NCBI GenBank assembly: GCA_046593295.1
Contig: JBKJOH010000338.1
Span: 1-40,677 of the forward strand
Origin: Polaromonas sp.
GTDB lineage: Bacteria; Pseudomonadota; Gammaproteobacteria; Burkholderiales; Burkholderiaceae_C
Length of the DNA: 40,677 nt
Reading direction: 5' to 3'
In this document: positions 18,770-30,390 of the stretch, in pieces
Numbering within the stretch: the first letter of the stretch is position 1
Layout: each line of letters opens with the position of its first letter
Position numbers and translations under genes: made by a program
Notes under the pieces: generated by a model
What the model was told of the DNA's origin: nothing
Database searches by the model: none
The model's input: the letters and a program-made list of their open reading frames with translations, nothing else

Positions 18770-21628
18770 TTAAAGATCGAAATTCGCTTGCGAACCCAGG
18801 TGCCCCTTCTCGTGAGAGGCGGCTTCGATCCCAGTCCAAGACGTGATCAACTCGTTGTAGGCTCGTGCGTCATCTGCCCATCCCTTGCGTTCGCAAAGGG
18901 TGTAGAGCCGATAGGCCAAATTTCTGATGGGGTCAGCCCTTTGTGGCATTCCCGCGAGTAGTGCTCCGGCCGCTGACTCGCCCGCGTCTCGCAGAGCTCG
19001 AACCAGTTGATGCAAGGCCTCCCATACAGGCGTGTTGTTGTCGTTCTCCGGCAGCCACTCGATCGGATATTCCGCTGGCTTGAGCAAACGCACCTTCCCA
19101 GCCGTGGCCTCCACAACGCCCGCATTCTTCACATGATCGACTGAAGTTCCCTTCGCTCGCGTGAGAACGTCGGCTTTTCCAAACTCTCCGGCAGCCCAAC
19201 CCTGTTCATCGAACCAGCTTAAACAGAATTGGGTGTCCGCATCGAACTCGTCAGCACCCTCGGTTAGCATGCGGTTGATAAGTGTTAGAGCTGTGTGAAC
19301 AGTCATAGGGCTGCCGTCAGCTTCCAGCACGGCGGAATATCTAGAGAAGATTGCCATGCCCGGCCCAATAACGGCCTGGGCCAAGTCCACAGGTGCCACA
19401 GGCGAAATTCCTTCTGCTCCACCAATCATCAACTCCACGGATTCAGCGAGATCGCTTTTCAACTCACGGAGAAAGTCGCGTCGCGAAACGCTTGGGGCAT
19501 TCGAATCGCGTTTACTGCAAACGAGAACAATACTTGATGCCAAAGCATTAGCTCCAAGGCCCCGCATTCGGAACTCCTGCTCGCTTCGCAATGGCCAGGT
19601 TCCCGTAATTGCAAAGCCAGCTCTTATGACCGCCTCTAGGAAAGTTTCCCAGCCAGTGTTTCCCGTCCCTAAGTCTGTTGTCTCGGACTGCTTGAACGCG
19701 TAATAAATAGTAGTCGGATAAGACACATGTGCCTGCTCCGCCAAGCGGCGCATGGCTTGTGTCATACCTTCGAGGAAAAACTTCTCTGCCGCCTCCTTTC
19801 CTCCATGCCTAGCTGGTGTGGCAACTAGCTCGTCCTCTTTTGGGACCGCCACAGTGGCGAAGAGGTCTGGGAAGATGCTCCGCATTGGCTGTCGAAGCCA
19901 GACATAAAAGAAATCCGACAAGTCGGCGTATCCAATGTTGTCGTAATACGGCGGATCGGTTGAAACCACCTTTCCCTGAGTAATTGAGTTATCTGAAGCA
20001 TTCGCTTGTGTGGCTGAACCAGAACTCACATTCCATGGAAGGGTATCGACGCAGTCCGCAATATATTGCACTGCCGGAAGATACCCGCCAACCGTTTCCA
20101 TGAAGATGTTCGCCTCCGGAAAATCCCACGTCATAGATACGGTTTGCTTGCCAAAAAGGTTCATCACTTTTTGGTTGCCTGGGACCCACCTTGTGCACGT
20201 ATTGGAAAAGTCGGAACAGCGATCCAGAGCAAATGCCAAGTAAGTCGCAACAGCTTCCCCGTAAGCACGTGCGCCTGCGCCGCCATCAGCCAATGCATCT
20301 CCCTCGACCCACCCAGCAGCTAGTGCGTCATCTTTAATCTTTATCCGCACGGCCCCAATCAACTCACTAAGAGTGCCCAATCCAACAATTTGCCTAGGAG
20401 TAAAAAGGTCGGCCCAAGTCGAAATTCCATAGTTCCCGACTCGAAAACCAAGCGCCTGCTGAAAGAATGGAATTTCCGGTCGCCATTTAGGTATTGCTGA
20501 TTTGGCTATCCGCTCATGTTCGTCTGATGGCGACAGGTAAACCCTTCGCCGCCCACCTTCAGCAACGATTGCCAAAAGCCTCGTTCCCATCCGACCAGCC
20601 TTGCCCTCGTCCCTGATGTAATCGGCAGGTATTGGCACCCCAGACACTAGACACAAAAAATTCGCACCACGCGCGCCGGCCTTTGTTCCGTCAGATGCGC
20701 CTTTTGGCGCTTTGCCATCCCGAATCTCAAACCGGTATGTATCTCCGTGAACTATGGGATGGACATACGCTTCCTTCCCATCCTTGTTCGAAACGATGTA
20801 GCTCGAAACCAGAGGAACATCAACGTGTGAGAACGCAGGATTAGGACTCTTGACCGTTCTTGCCCATAACCAAGCGATCACAGGTGACTTACCACCACCA
20901 TATTGCGCCGGCATATCAATTTCTGGGTAAAGACGTCCAGTATTCTTGATAGCTTCACCTAATAGCCATCGACCGTAACGCCGAATGTCTTCTGTGAGTC
21001 CTTGATTTCCTGCGTATTGAGTTGTGCGCCCCGCTGGTGCGCCTTTCGGAACCGGGCCAACAGGTTCTTTGCCTGAAAACTTTGGCGGAATTTCAAGCAT
21101 CGCCTTGTTGATCAATACGGCGACAGGATTCAAATCTGACGAATGACTGGAGAGTCCCAGTCTTTGTGCTTCAAGAGGCAAAGCACCACCACCGCCAAAC
21201 GGATCATGGAATTCAGGAACACATTCTGGATTAAAAAGGGTATTGGCTTGTGGATGCGCTTTGTTAAGTTCACAAGTCTCTACCCAGCTCTTTCGAATTT
21301 CCTCGCGGGCTTCAATCAGAAACTTCTGGTTATTCGTATTTTCCCATTTAACAAGGTCTCGGATTAGCTGGAATAGCCGTTCACGTTCGATCTTTGCTTT
21401 TTCTTTGTTCACGCCTCGCCCAAGCGATCTCTCATAACCAGGATCGTTGACCATTTGGGCAAACAGAATCGCTCTCGCTGCGGCCAGAGGGCGCCGAGCC
21501 CACCACAAATGAATACCACGGGGATGGGGCCCAATGCCAGGCATCTTTTCGTATGCGCAAGCTTCATTAATGTCATCCAGTGGCAGAGCGACTTCGATGA
21601 GCTTCTTTGGTGTTTTTATAGGGGTCAT
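18770..21628 (-). CDS. DUF1156 adenine-specific DNA methyltransferase
   Basis: [27 protein letters not shown]-binding DPFGGGG, catalytic TDPPYYDN. Confidence 0.92.
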   Translation of the reverse strand: MTPIKTPKKLIEVALPLDDINEACAYEKMPGIGPHPRGIHLWWARRPLAAARAILFAQMVNDPGYERSLGRGVNKEKAKIERERLFQLIRDLVKWENTNNQKFLIEAREEIRKSWVETCELNKAHPQANTLFNPECVPEFHDPFGGGGALPLEAQRLGLSSHSSDLNPVAVLINKAMLEIPPKFSGKEPVGPVPKGAPAGRTTQYAGNQGLTEDIRRYGRWLLGEAIKNTGRLYPEIDMPAQYGGGKSPVIAWLWARTVKSPNPAFSHVDVPLVSSYIVSNKDGKEAYVHPIVHGDTYRFEIRDGKAPKGASDGTKAGARGANFLCLVSGVPIPADYIRDEGKAGRMGTRLLAIVAEGGRRRVYLSPSDEHERIAKSAIPKWRPEIPFFQQALGFRVGNYGISTWADLFTPRQIVGLGTLSELIGAVRIKIKDDALAAGWVEGDALADGGAGARAYGEAVATYLAFALDRCSDFSNTCTRWVPGNQKVMNLFGKQTVSMTWDFPEANIFMETVGGYLPAVQYIADCVDTLPWNVSSGSATQANASDNSITQGKVVSTDPPYYDNIGYADLSDFFYVWLRQPMRSIFPDLFATVAVPKEDELVATPARHGGKEAAEKFFLEGMTQAMRRLAEQAHVSYPTTIYYAFKQSETTDLGTGNTGWETFLEAVIRAGFAITGTWPLRSEQEFRMRGLGANALASSIVLVCSKRDSNAPSVSRRDFLRELKSDLAESVELMIGGAEGISPVAPVDLAQAVIGPGMAIFSRYSAVLEADGSPMTVHTALTLINRMLTEGADEFDADTQFCLSWFDEQGWAAGEFGKADVLTRAKGTSVDHVKNAGVVEATAGKVRLLKPAEYPIEWLPENDNNTPVWEALHQLVRALRDAGESAAGALLAGMPQRADPIRNLAYRLYTLCERKGWADDARAYNELITSWTGIEAASHEKGHLGSQANFDL

Positions 21629-24600
21629 ATTAATTCCGCCCTGTCTAGCAAGGATGCGAGGTCTAAATTTATACTGGTCACTGCCCAGTCAGGCTCTTGC
21701 GTGAAGGGGTTGCGAACGTAATGGGGGCCTTCATGGTCGTCGCCGTCGACGATCACGATGGCCAAGATAAATTTGTCGGCTTGGTTGAGCCCATACAGAA
21801 TTTCGTTGCGAGTGACGGTGATGGTCGATTGGCCTTTCGAGCGCCCCTTGACCTCGATGTGGCGGGCTTGCGGAAGCTTGCCTTCATCGACGGGAACAAT
21901 CGCCGTCAAGTCCCACCCGCACTTTTCAGCAGACACGTCGATGACCTGGTGCCCCTTAGCCTCTTCGGCTTTGCGAACGGCAGCCATGGCGACACGCTCG
22001 ACACGCGCGCGGGCTTGGGCATCGGCAGACCACGTTGGGCCTTCGGCTTCGCCTCTTTTCATCGCGATCAGACCTGCGGGTATCACCAGTGCGCCGCCGA
22101 CCACCACCGGCATGCCAGACACCACATGCCGCATGCCTTGCAGGCTTTTTGTGCGCGTTTCGAGGCGGACGGTCAGCTCGTCAATGGTGCGCCTAACGTT
22201 TTCCAACGGCAGGCGGACATCCTTGCCCGCAGACAGATCGGTCTTGAGCTTGTCGTAACGGTCTGACCAGTAGTCGATCTCCTTGACCAGCCGCTCGTGA
22301 ATCGCTGCGAGGTTCTTGTCGATCTGGTGTTCGCGCCTCTGGCGGACTTCCTCAAAGTGCTCGGGCACCAGCTTGTCAGACGAGTGCCCCAAGGCAGCTT
22401 CTTCCAAGTCCTTCTTGATCCAGTCGGCATCTATCTCTGCGGCCACCACCGCGCGCTGATCGGGCTCTATGGGATTGAGGTCCAAGTGCGGCGCCCAGCC
22501 TGCATTGCTGATTTTGCCGTGCCGGTCGATAGTCACGAACTGCAAGCGGCGCGATACAACCAAGCCCGATTCACCGCCCTCCTTGACGGAGTGGTCAATC
22601 AGGAACAGAAGCTTCGGATCGATGCCCTCGTCATTGGGGTCTACCAAGACGGCGCCTTGCTTTAACTTGCCGCGGTGCTGCTCGGTCATCAAATCCACCA
22701 CCGACTGCATCAGGGGATGGGCTGGGTGGATCAGGCTCGCGACGGCCTCGTTGGGCTTGTCATCGACGCGGACCTTGTTCTTCTCAAAACAGACACGTTC
22801 GTATTTCGTCACCACAGGATTCATGCTGCGCCGGTCACGGCCAGAAATCTGGCGGTCGCGCTCGCGAATCGTGGCAGGCACAAAGCTGATCTCGTAGCGG
22901 CCCGAGCCACGCGGGCGCAGGTCGCCACCGAGTCTCTCGAAGGCCTGGGCAAAGAAGGACCGAATGAAATAGGGTTGCAGCTTGCGGGCTTCTGCCTTCT
23001 CCATCTCCTCCTTGAGCGCGAAGAGACGGCGCTCGTCCATAACCTCTTCGGCCAAGGCGTTGCGGCTGATGATCTCGCGCAACTTTTCCGTTTCCATGGC
23101 CGTGCCGACGACTTCGCGCAAGTGTTCTTTGCGCGCAGGGTCCTCTCCGTAGCGGATCGCCTCGATCAGCAAGTCGCGCAAGCTAATGCCATCGAAAACC
23201 TCGCCCAAGATGTCGAACACGCGTCCACCCAACGCCTTGCGCTCGATCTCGATCTTGTCGAAAAGCTTTTGGAACACGTCGCCTTCGCGGGTCTCCGCGG
23301 CAACCATGTTCCACAGGTGGCAAACCTGCGTCTGACCAATGCGGTGAATGCGGCCGAAGCGCTGCTCCAAGCGGTTCGGATTCCACGGCAAGTCGTAGTT
23401 CACCATCAAGTGGGCGTTCTGCAAATTCACGCCTTCGCCCGCCGCATCGGTGGCCAGCAATACGCGGGTGTCCTTGTCGTTGCGGAACAGCTCCTGAACC
23501 TTGCGACGGTCTTCGCGGTGCACGCCGCCATGGATCATCACCACAGCCTCGAACTTGCCCATCAGCCCACGAATGCGGTCAGCCAAATAGTTGAGCGTGT
23601 CGCGGTGCTCGGTGAAAATAATCAGCTTGCGCTGCAAACCATCGGGTCCGCGCATCTCCGGCGTGTTCTGCAAGAGCTCGCGCAGCTCTTCCCACTTTCG
23701 GTCCTGCCCCGAATGGACCAGGGTTTTGGCCTGCTCTTCGAGGTGCCCAAGGGTAAAGACCTCGGCTTCGAGCTCGGCGATGGTCTGGGCCGCCGTGGCC
23801 TGATCGACCACCTCTTCCTCGAACTCCTCGTAGTCCTCAGGGGCCATGTCATCGGCTGAGTCCCAAATGTCCTCGGACGCTTTACTGGCATAGGTTTCCG
23901 CCATGGACATGCCGCCGCCACGCTGCTTGACCTTTTCTTCCTCGATGCGACGCTTCAACTTTTCGCGGCGACGCTTCAAGGATTGATAGATCGCCTCGGG
24001 GCTTGAGGCCAATCGGCGCTGCAATGCCGTCAAGGCGAAGCCGACCGTGCCCTTGCGCTTGCCATCGAGTTTGTCGGCCCGATTCATCTCTTCTTTGACG
24101 TAGGTCGTCACGTCGTTGTAGAGCTGCGCCTCGGCCTCCGACAGCTTGTAGTTTGCGGTGTAGGCCCTGCGCTCAGGAAAGAGGCGAGTGCCGTCAAACT
24201 TCAACAGGTCTTCCTTGACCATGCGCCGCATGAGGTCCGTGACATCGACCTTGTGCGCGCCGTCGCGGAATTTTCCGTAGAAGCGGTCCGAGTCCAGCAG
24301 CGACATGAAAAGCTGAAAGTCTTCTTCCTTGCCGTTGTGCGGCGTAGCCGTCATCAGCAGGAAGTGGCGCGTGACCGAGCCTAAGAGCTGGCCCAGCTTA
24401 AAACGCTTGGTCTCATTGATCTTGGTGCCATACCAAGTGGCGGAAAGCTTGTGGGCCTCGTCAACGACGATCAAGTCCCAGTGCGAATTGCGAATCTTTT
24501 CTTGAAGCTCTTCGCTGCGTGAAAGCTGATCGAGCCGTGCCACGAGCAAGTCGTGGTCGTCAAACGCGTTTCCGTTGCGGCTTTGGTCCATGAGGTCGCG

Positions 24601-25146
24601 GCTGAACAGCGAGAAGGACAGCCCGAACTTCTCGAACATTTCATCCTGCCACTGCTCCACCAGGCTCCCTGGCGACACGATCAAAATACGCTGAGCGTCC
24701 GCTCGCATGAGCAGCTCGCGAATCAGCAGGCCCGCCATGATGGTCTTGCCTGCTCCTGGATCGTCGGCCAGCACATATCGAAGTGGCTGCCGTGGCAGCA
24801 TGGACTCATAGACAGCGGTGATCTGATGCGGAAGCGGCTCCACGTTGGACGTGTGGACCGCCATCATTGGGTCGAACAGGTGCGCGAGGTTGATCCGATA
24901 TGCCTCGGCAGCGAGCTTGAAGTCCGCGCCGTCTGCGTCAAAGCTCCAAGGACGCCCAACCGACGCAATGCTCAGTTCGGATTCGTTCGAGCGGAAGAGC
25001 ACCCGCTCGCCTAGGCGGCCGTCGTCAGCCTTGTAGACGACGGTGACAGCGTTATCACCCAACGGGTCGGCGCTTACCACTCGGACGACTCGTCCCTCCT
25101 CAATGCCAGAGACCAACGCTCCTTTGGCGATGGATTCGAGTTTCAT
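21625..25146 (-). CDS. SNF2-family helicase with C-terminal DUF3883 nuclease-like domain
   Basis: [40 protein letters not shown]-terminal GWDL...IEVKG...TRNE. Confidence 0.92.
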   Translation of the reverse strand: MKLESIAKGALVSGIEEGRVVRVVSADPLGDNAVTVVYKADDGRLGERVLFRSNESELSIASVGRPWSFDADGADFKLAAEAYRINLAHLFDPMMAVHTSNVEPLPHQITAVYESMLPRQPLRYVLADDPGAGKTIMAGLLIRELLMRADAQRILIVSPGSLVEQWQDEMFEKFGLSFSLFSRDLMDQSRNGNAFDDHDLLVARLDQLSRSEELQEKIRNSHWDLIVVDEAHKLSATWYGTKINETKRFKLGQLLGSVTRHFLLMTATPHNGKEEDFQLFMSLLDSDRFYGKFRDGAHKVDVTDLMRRMVKEDLLKFDGTRLFPERRAYTANYKLSEAEAQLYNDVTTYVKEEMNRADKLDGKRKGTVGFALTALQRRLASSPEAIYQSLKRRREKLKRRIEEEKVKQRGGGMSMAETYASKASEDIWDSADDMAPEDYEEFEEEVVDQATAAQTIAELEAEVFTLGHLEEQAKTLVHSGQDRKWEELRELLQNTPEMRGPDGLQRKLIIFTEHRDTLNYLADRIRGLMGKFEAVVMIHGGVHREDRRKVQELFRNDKDTRVLLATDAAGEGVNLQNAHLMVNYDLPWNPNRLEQRFGRIHRIGQTQVCHLWNMVAAETREGDVFQKLFDKIEIERKALGGRVFDILGEVFDGISLRDLLIEAIRYGEDPARKEHLREVVGTAMETEKLREIISRNALAEEVMDERRLFALKEEMEKAEARKLQPYFIRSFFAQAFERLGGDLRPRGSGRYEISFVPATIRERDRQISGRDRRSMNPVVTKYERVCFEKNKVRVDDKPNEAVASLIHPAHPLMQSVVDLMTEQHRGKLKQGAVLVDPNDEGIDPKLLFLIDHSVKEGGESGLVVSRRLQFVTIDRHGKISNAGWAPHLDLNPIEPDQRAVVAAEIDADWIKKDLEEAALGHSSDKLVPEHFEEVRQRREHQIDKNLAAIHERLVKEIDYWSDRYDKLKTDLSAGKDVRLPLENVRRTIDELTVRLETRTKSLQGMRHVVSGMPVVVGGALVIPAGLIAMKRGEAEGPTWSADAQARARVERVAMAAVRKAEEAKGHQVIDVSAEKCGWDLTAIVPVDEGKLPQARHIEVKGRSKGQSTITVTRNEILYGLNQADKFILAIVIVDGDDHEGPHYVRNPFTQEPDWAVTSINLDLASLLDRAELI

Positions 25147-26069
25147 TTTTTGTCCCCTGATTTATTGCTTCCGGACGCGTAGGTGGTCGCGGCAATGTCG
25201 GCCTCAAAGCCTGGTGCCAAAGCGGCACTTTCGACGCCATAGAGCGCCTGAGGGTTGCGCAGCCAAAGGTGATGTGAGGATGGATCAAGTTTGTGATGCA
25301 GGCTTGAATCGACTGACCAGCGCCGAAGAACGTAACCCGCAAGAGCCGCACGCGCTTTGACCTTCAAGACGCCCTCGGTCAATCCGTAATCCGCCTCGAC
25401 CGCCTTGGGCTGTTTGATGCCAGGGTGAGCCACCAGCTCCATGTCCACCATCCGCGCCCACTGCTCATCGGCAGGCAGCAGCTCGGTTTCGGACACGTCT
25501 CCCTCGATCTCATGAGCCTTCGCGATGCGAGTCAAAACAAAGTCGCTGAAACGGCTCCGTTCTCGGTCAAAAGATCGCACATGCCAACGCAGGCCGTTAT
25601 CTGCTAACGCAACAGGCACGATCTCGCGCTTCTTTGGACCTGACGACAGCGACAGATAACTCACGCGAACAGCCTTCTTCGCACACATGGACCGAGTGAG
25701 GGTGCCGAGCACTTCCATGTCGGGCTGCACGAACTGGCCAGGACCTTCGCACGGTGCCGCTTGCTTCAAACCAAGATCTAGGCCATCGCCAAAACCTTGC
25801 AAGAGCCACGCGAGAACGCGCTCAGAATGAAATTCATTGACAGGCCTGAAAGATGCGCTCGGCCGGTAACAACGTGAAGCTTGGTCATAGTCAAGATTGT
25901 CCGGCGCGACTTCTCTATACAGACTCAGGTCGCGGGATGCTGCTGCTGGCTTGATGCCAAACCTTGCCTCGATGTCGCCCCTGCGGAGCTCACCTGTGAA
26001 GAACGCGCGCAGCTCCAAAAACGCGAGTCGCTCGCGCTGGTTCTGCGAAACATCCAGTGTCTTGACCAA
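25143..26069 (-). CDS. WYL-domain transcriptional regulator (BrxR/CapW-like)
   Basis: wHTH ([15 protein letters not shown]) and WYL (YLSLSSG...RWHVRSFDR...FSDFVLTRI). Start uncertain: TTG 26069 follows an AAGGGG RBS, while the ORF track gives 26108. Confidence 0.88.
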   Translation of the reverse strand: MVKTLDVSQNQRERLAFLELRAFFTGELRRGDIEARFGIKPAAASRDLSLYREVAPDNLDYDQASRCYRPSASFRPVNEFHSERVLAWLLQGFGDGLDLGLKQAAPCEGPGQFVQPDMEVLGTLTRSMCAKKAVRVSYLSLSSGPKKREIVPVALADNGLRWHVRSFDRERSRFSDFVLTRIAKAHEIEGDVSETELLPADEQWARMVDMELVAHPGIKQPKAVEADYGLTEGVLKVKARAALAGYVLRRWSVDSSLHHKLDPSSHHLWLRNPQALYGVESAALAPGFEADIAATTYASGSNKSGDKK

Positions 26070-26260
26070 GAGCCCCTTTCTCGGGCCTCTCGCCCGTCGG
26101 CGAAGCAAGGAATGCGCCGATCAGAAAGAGAATACCACACTCATCATTTTGATTCGGGCTTTTTTGGCCGAGGTTCAGCCCAATTTCTCAGCTAGAACAC
26201 CAAAAAATCTCGCGGGTCGAAACTTGACTTATCGGGACCAAAGTGCCTCATAAAAAATGT

Positions 26261-27268
26261 TTATCGCGGCCCAACTTTACGTTTTGCAGCAACCTTAATT
26301 GCAGGTTCATTGGCAGGTGGTGTATCTACTGAAACCTTATGTGAATCAAATTTTGGGGCAGCCACATGATCCAAATAGTCACAAGTTCTCTGAGCCGCTG
26401 CTGCTGCCTTGAAAATCGCACTCTTGTCGTCCTTCAATGCCTGCATCCATGAAGCCAAATACGCCGAATGCTGCTGGATGTGATCTTCACCGAGCTTGAC
26501 CCCATTGAGGCCGGAACACATCATCGCTGCGCTCCATTCTGCGACCAACTCCTCCATCGCACGTTCGCGCAAAGTCAACTGAGACATACCAAACCGCGCT
26601 AGCCTCTTGGGTGCGCCGACTGAATGGGCAATTTCATGAAGCAAGGTTCCGTAATAATTTGCCTCTGTGTCCTTCGCATCCACGCCTTTGAACGATGACA
26701 TTGGTGGCATGCGGATCAGGTCAAGGCGCGGCAAGAAGCATGGCTCGAACGGCCCCTCGGCAATTTTCAATCCGGATTCCTTCATCGCAGTAACGATGGT
26801 GCCAACAGCAGCGACCGGCGCGACATCTGGCTTGTCGTTAACGATGGCTGGCAGTCCTGGCGGCTGCAACTGAGATGCATGGAAAACCGCATAGGTTTTC
26901 ATGACCAGATATTTCCCGTCCTCTTCTGCAACCACCTCGCCATCCGTCGCCTTGTCCGCCTGACGCCGGTTCACTTCGACCATACGGATGATGCGCGCGG
27001 CAGCATGCTCACCTTTGCGAATGAACAAGCCCATTTCATTGGCCTGAGCCCCGGTGATGAATCTGTTGTCGCTTGCATAGTCGGCGTTCTCGAACATTGC
27101 CATTCCCAAAATCAGGCTGTTGATGCCTGAATAAGGCTTCTCCGTTTTCGCATTTTTTGGGCGCGACGAAGTGGATGACCATGCCTTTCGCCATGGCACG
27201 GTGCCAGCCTCCATGTAGGCCAGCACGCGGTTCGTAATATCTTGTCGCACATCTGGTTTTGCGTCCAT
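26261..27268 (-). CDS. ardC: ArdC-family ssDNA-binding antirestriction protein (DUF1738 + zincin-like domain)
   Basis: PWRKAW, YSGIN, IRKGE, YYGTLLHEIAH, EELVAE, AYLASW...LKDDK. Confidence 0.88.
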   Translation of the reverse strand: MDAKPDVRQDITNRVLAYMEAGTVPWRKAWSSTSSRPKNAKTEKPYSGINSLILGMAMFENADYASDNRFITGAQANEMGLFIRKGEHAAARIIRMVEVNRRQADKATDGEVVAEEDGKYLVMKTYAVFHASQLQPPGLPAIVNDKPDVAPVAAVGTIVTAMKESGLKIAEGPFEPCFLPRLDLIRMPPMSSFKGVDAKDTEANYYGTLLHEIAHSVGAPKRLARFGMSQLTLRERAMEELVAEWSAAMMCSGLNGVKLGEDHIQQHSAYLASWMQALKDDKSAIFKAAAAAQRTCDYLDHVAAPKFDSHKVSVDTPPANEPAIKVAAKRKVGPR

Positions 27269-27349
27269 GGTGGCCCCCATATAAATTGCATAAGGCCACC
27301 CTCTCAAAGCGAATGGGCAGTGTCGAGGCCGAATGTCCGATGGAGCCGC

Positions 27350-28303
27350 TCAGAGCGCCACACCACGTCTGCGTCTGGCCGTCTGTTCCGCGCGCAGTAT
27401 GGCAACCCTTCTGGCACCGCCATCGCGCAATTCACGGTCAACGGCACGCGGGGTCGGTTCGATGGAAAAGTCCGCCTCCACCGCCTGCACTGCCTGCTCA
27501 AACTTCTCGGGGCTGTGCGCGGCAGCAACCCAACGGCGAAACATGGCGCCACTTTCGGGCTGGTCAATCCAGCCGAATTCAGATCGGCTCGTGCGCAACC
27601 GCTCCTTGATCACTTCGACCGTCAGGATATTGGCTGTTGCTGCGCCGGGTTCATGGGCGCTGGTTTCCACAAGAGGTTTCAAAAAGTCGTCCGCGACCGA
27701 GTCGCGGGCGGCAGCGGTCCCATGGACCGCTGCGAGATTACTGATGTCAGTATGAAAATCGTATTGATCTCCTTTGGAGATCGTCATTACTGATAGAGAG
27801 GGTGGCGATGGCTCATAAGTCCGCGTGGCTATTGGGTTTCCAAAGGAATCGGATGTCACGTCGTTTGGCAACTTCAAAGGCCCACTGTTCTCTTCTGCCT
27901 TGGCTACTTGCCGTAATTTAAGGGCGGTCTTCTTGCAGATGGGCGACATCGGCAAAGCGAAGCGCAAGCCCTTGGTGGGGTGGTTTTCAATTTCACTCAC
28001 AAGGCCCGCATCGTGCAGCTTCATGAGCACGCGGCAAGCCTCCTTGGCATTCATGGTGTCTGCCGCTCGGCCTTGCGTGGTCGGCACCGTGATCAGGTCT
28101 GCCAGAAACTGGAATGTGATCACGCGCCTACCAAAATGCTTCACTTCGCCGGTCTTGAACGATGCCAGCCATTTCAGTTCGGGATACAAGACGCGCTCGC
28201 GCAGGCCCAAAGTTCGCAAAATATCCCGCTCGTCGCGGTCCATGCTCATGTAGGCCTCTTTCGCGGCGGGTGTTGCTGCGGGCTTAGGGTGGGTTGGCTT
28301 CAT
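27350..28303 (-). CDS. Hypothetical protein of the mobilization operon, possibly DNA-binding or replication-related
   Basis: 317 aa ORF directly after the relaxase with RBS AAGGAG. The N-terminal half looks winged-helix-like; no family recognised. Confidence 0.55.
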   Translation of the reverse strand: MKPTHPKPAATPAAKEAYMSMDRDERDILRTLGLRERVLYPELKWLASFKTGEVKHFGRRVITFQFLADLITVPTTQGRAADTMNAKEACRVLMKLHDAGLVSEIENHPTKGLRFALPMSPICKKTALKLRQVAKAEENSGPLKLPNDVTSDSFGNPIATRTYEPSPPSLSVMTISKGDQYDFHTDISNLAAVHGTAAARDSVADDFLKPLVETSAHEPGAATANILTVEVIKERLRTSRSEFGWIDQPESGAMFRRWVAAAHSPEKFEQAVQAVEADFSIEPTPRAVDRELRDGGARRVAILRAEQTARRRRGVAL

Positions 28304-28330
28304 ATGTCTCCTTTCTGGTCGTTGGGTGGT

Positions 28331-29635
28331 TCAAGGGTGTTTAGGTGCCTTGGGGCGGCTCGGGTCGTTGTCGTTCGATCCGGAGCCATCCGGTCCCTGC
28401 TGGCGTCTAAGCGCAAGCTTTGTCGCCAAATTGGTATTGAGTTGGAGAGGCGGCGCAGCGGGCACTAGGGGTGCTGGCTGTGCAGGCTCGGGTTCGAGGA
28501 TGGGCTGATGCGGAAATGGCGGTTCGGCGGGCGGAATTAACGCCATCGGAATCGCCACGGTGCCCATGGCGCCCGCACTCTCCGCAATGATCTGTTCCAG
28601 CATCGTGCGCTGCCCGGCATCGCGGGGATGCACCGGCATACCCTGCGCGATGGCTTCACGCATCGCCATCAGAATGAAGTCATGCGGGCCACTGAACACG
28701 ATGCTGGTCCAGCCGCGCGAGCACGCAAGGGCCACCATGGCTTTGGCGGCGCGCGCGTGGTTCATTTCGTAGGCAGTGAGCCGGTCGCCGTCGTCGTTGA
28801 TGCGCTCTGGGCGTTTCAGATAAATCACGCTGCCGCGCTGGTGGTGATAAATGTGGCTGACGTCGGGGTCCAGCAAATGCCTGACCATTGCGTCATAGCC
28901 GGGTGTTCGAAGGGCGCGCTTTATCTCGCGTCGCTGCTTCTCATTCGGGTTGTCGCCTGCCCATGCCGTCATGATGGTTGCACCATGTGCGAGGGCATAG
29001 GCATGAGTTGCCAGGTGGGTGCCAGTGTTCAACGGCTCCGGTATGAGCGCCTCTAAGGACTGATCCTCGGTTTTTTGGTTGGTTTGCATTCCTTTCTCCT
29101 TGGGATGGGTGGGTATTGACTGCTCGATGGACTGAACAACGTCCGGTGGTTCTGGCTTTCGATCATTCCTGGGTTGGCGCTTTTTCTTGACGAGGTTGAC
29201 GCGGCGTAATCCGAATTGCTCCTCGATGCGGGCAAGGCTTCGCTCTGCTTTGAAGCGGTCATTGCTATCGGGCACCGTCTTGCCATCCGGCCCGATGCGC
29301 AGGCACGCGATGTGGATATGGTCATGGCCCGTGTCGTTGTGCCTGAAAATCACATGGGGACACGACTGGTAGCCGAGGTCTTTCAGAAAGATGTCTGCGA
29401 TACGGTTCCACGCTTCCTCGTCAAGCGGCGGGTCTTCGGGCGCCGCCGACAGCATCAGGTGGGCCACCGCCCGCGACAGGGAGGGACGTAGTTTTCTGAA
29501 CTGTCCGAACTCTTTGGATAGCTGGCGCGGCGTGCGGCCTGCGAGGTTGCCGCCGATGATGACGCGGTGATCGTCATCCATGTTGTAGGATAGAAGGCCC
29601 TCAATGCCGTGGCCCTTGATAATCTTGGAAATCAT
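28331..29635 (-). CDS. MOBP-type relaxase with C-terminal LPD7-like domain
   Basis: N-terminal tyrosine (LLSYN), HLMLS, RHNDTGHDHIHI HUH motif. C-terminal DDGDRL...SRGWTSIVFSG. Confidence 0.88.
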   Translation of the reverse strand: MISKIIKGHGIEGLLSYNMDDDHRVIIGGNLAGRTPRQLSKEFGQFRKLRPSLSRAVAHLMLSAAPEDPPLDEEAWNRIADIFLKDLGYQSCPHVIFRHNDTGHDHIHIACLRIGPDGKTVPDSNDRFKAERSLARIEEQFGLRRVNLVKKKRQPRNDRKPEPPDVVQSIEQSIPTHPKEKGMQTNQKTEDQSLEALIPEPLNTGTHLATHAYALAHGATIMTAWAGDNPNEKQRREIKRALRTPGYDAMVRHLLDPDVSHIYHHQRGSVIYLKRPERINDDGDRLTAYEMNHARAAKAMVALACSRGWTSIVFSGPHDFILMAMREAIAQGMPVHPRDAGQRTMLEQIIAESAGAMGTVAIPMALIPPAEPPFPHQPILEPEPAQPAPLVPAAPPLQLNTNLATKLALRRQQGPDGSGSNDNDPSRPKAPKHP

Positions 29636-30000
29636 GGTCGCCCCCGGTTCTGAGGGGGTTCATCGCCGGTGGCACCGATAAGCTGTAACCGGAGAATGCG
29701 CACCTGCACCGCAAGTTGATTGATGACATCGACATCAATGCCGTGGGCATTGCCTGCGTTGATGGCGGCTGCAATCTGGTTCAGATTGGAGCCGACACGT
29801 GCCAGCTCAGCATATTGACTTCGACTGATTTCCGATGGCGGCTGTTCGATCTTTTTTGTGAGCGCAACACGCCGCAAGAAAGTAGACATCGGTAAACGCG
29901 CCACACGCGCCTTGATCTCTAACGCCGCACGCTCGTCGTCGGTCAGATAGAGGTCAAATTTCTTTCGTAATTCGGCTGCTGAAAGCAGTCTGTTTCCCAT
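29632..30000 (-). CDS. mobC: Relaxosome accessory protein MobC (ribbon-helix-helix)
   Basis: LYLTDDER...MSTFLR and ELARVGSNLNQIA. RBS GGGAG before ATG 30000; 4 bp overlap with the relaxase. Confidence 0.88.
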   Translation of the reverse strand: MGNRLLSAAELRKKFDLYLTDDERAALEIKARVARLPMSTFLRRVALTKKIEQPPSEISRSQYAELARVGSNLNQIAAAINAGNAHGIDVDVINQLAVQVRILRLQLIGATGDEPPQNRGRP

Positions 30001-30030
30001 TTTGATACTCCCCTGCGGAAGGCAGCAAGC

Positions 30031-30075
30031 GCAACCAAACACACCGGCTCGCCGGGGGGTGGTTGCATGTCTTGC
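30031..30075 (+). other. Putative oriT, nick predicted between 30074 and 30075
   Basis: Inverted repeat GCAACCA...CCGGCTCGCCGG...TGGTTGC followed by ATGTCTTG|C. Same layout as the RP4 oriT (inverted repeat, then CTATCCTG|C). Directly upstream of mobC. Confidence 0.75.
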
Positions 30076-30181
30076 TCCTCCCGGTATCTATGTCTTCTCA
30101 AACCGGAGCCTTGAAGTCAAGAACCTGCCAACAAGAGGACGCGGCGCAGGCTTGCAATTGAATGGAAGACGCCGCGCCAGA

Positions 30182-30219
30182 CAACCAAAAAGCCGGCAAT
30201 ACCGGCTTTCGCTTGGTTG
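30182..30219. repeat. Long imperfect hairpin in the oriT intergenic region
   Basis: CAACCAA-AAAGCCGG-caata-CCGGCTTT-cgc-TTGGTTG. Confidence 0.6.
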
Positions 30220-30390
30220 AGACCTTGCTCGGCACCTTGGTGCGTCGGGTGTATACAAAAACATCCAGGCTGGTGAAAGAAAGATTTTGCACACCGACCG
30301 TCGCCAGCCAATTGACAACCGGTAAGCACTTTCAACCCAACAGAGCAGAAACACTACTCAATGCCGGACTTGCACGGTGATTGCGAATAT

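Noticed and set aside
22675-23859. 394 aa plus-strand ORF, and similar ones at 17735-18580, 4759-5460 and 32785-33492
   Set aside because: Antisense shadows of well-supported GC-rich genes, with no motifs of their own.
26110-26260. Operator for the WYL regulator
   Set aside because: Expected by analogy with BrxR, but I found only weak inverted repeats and cannot support a specific site.
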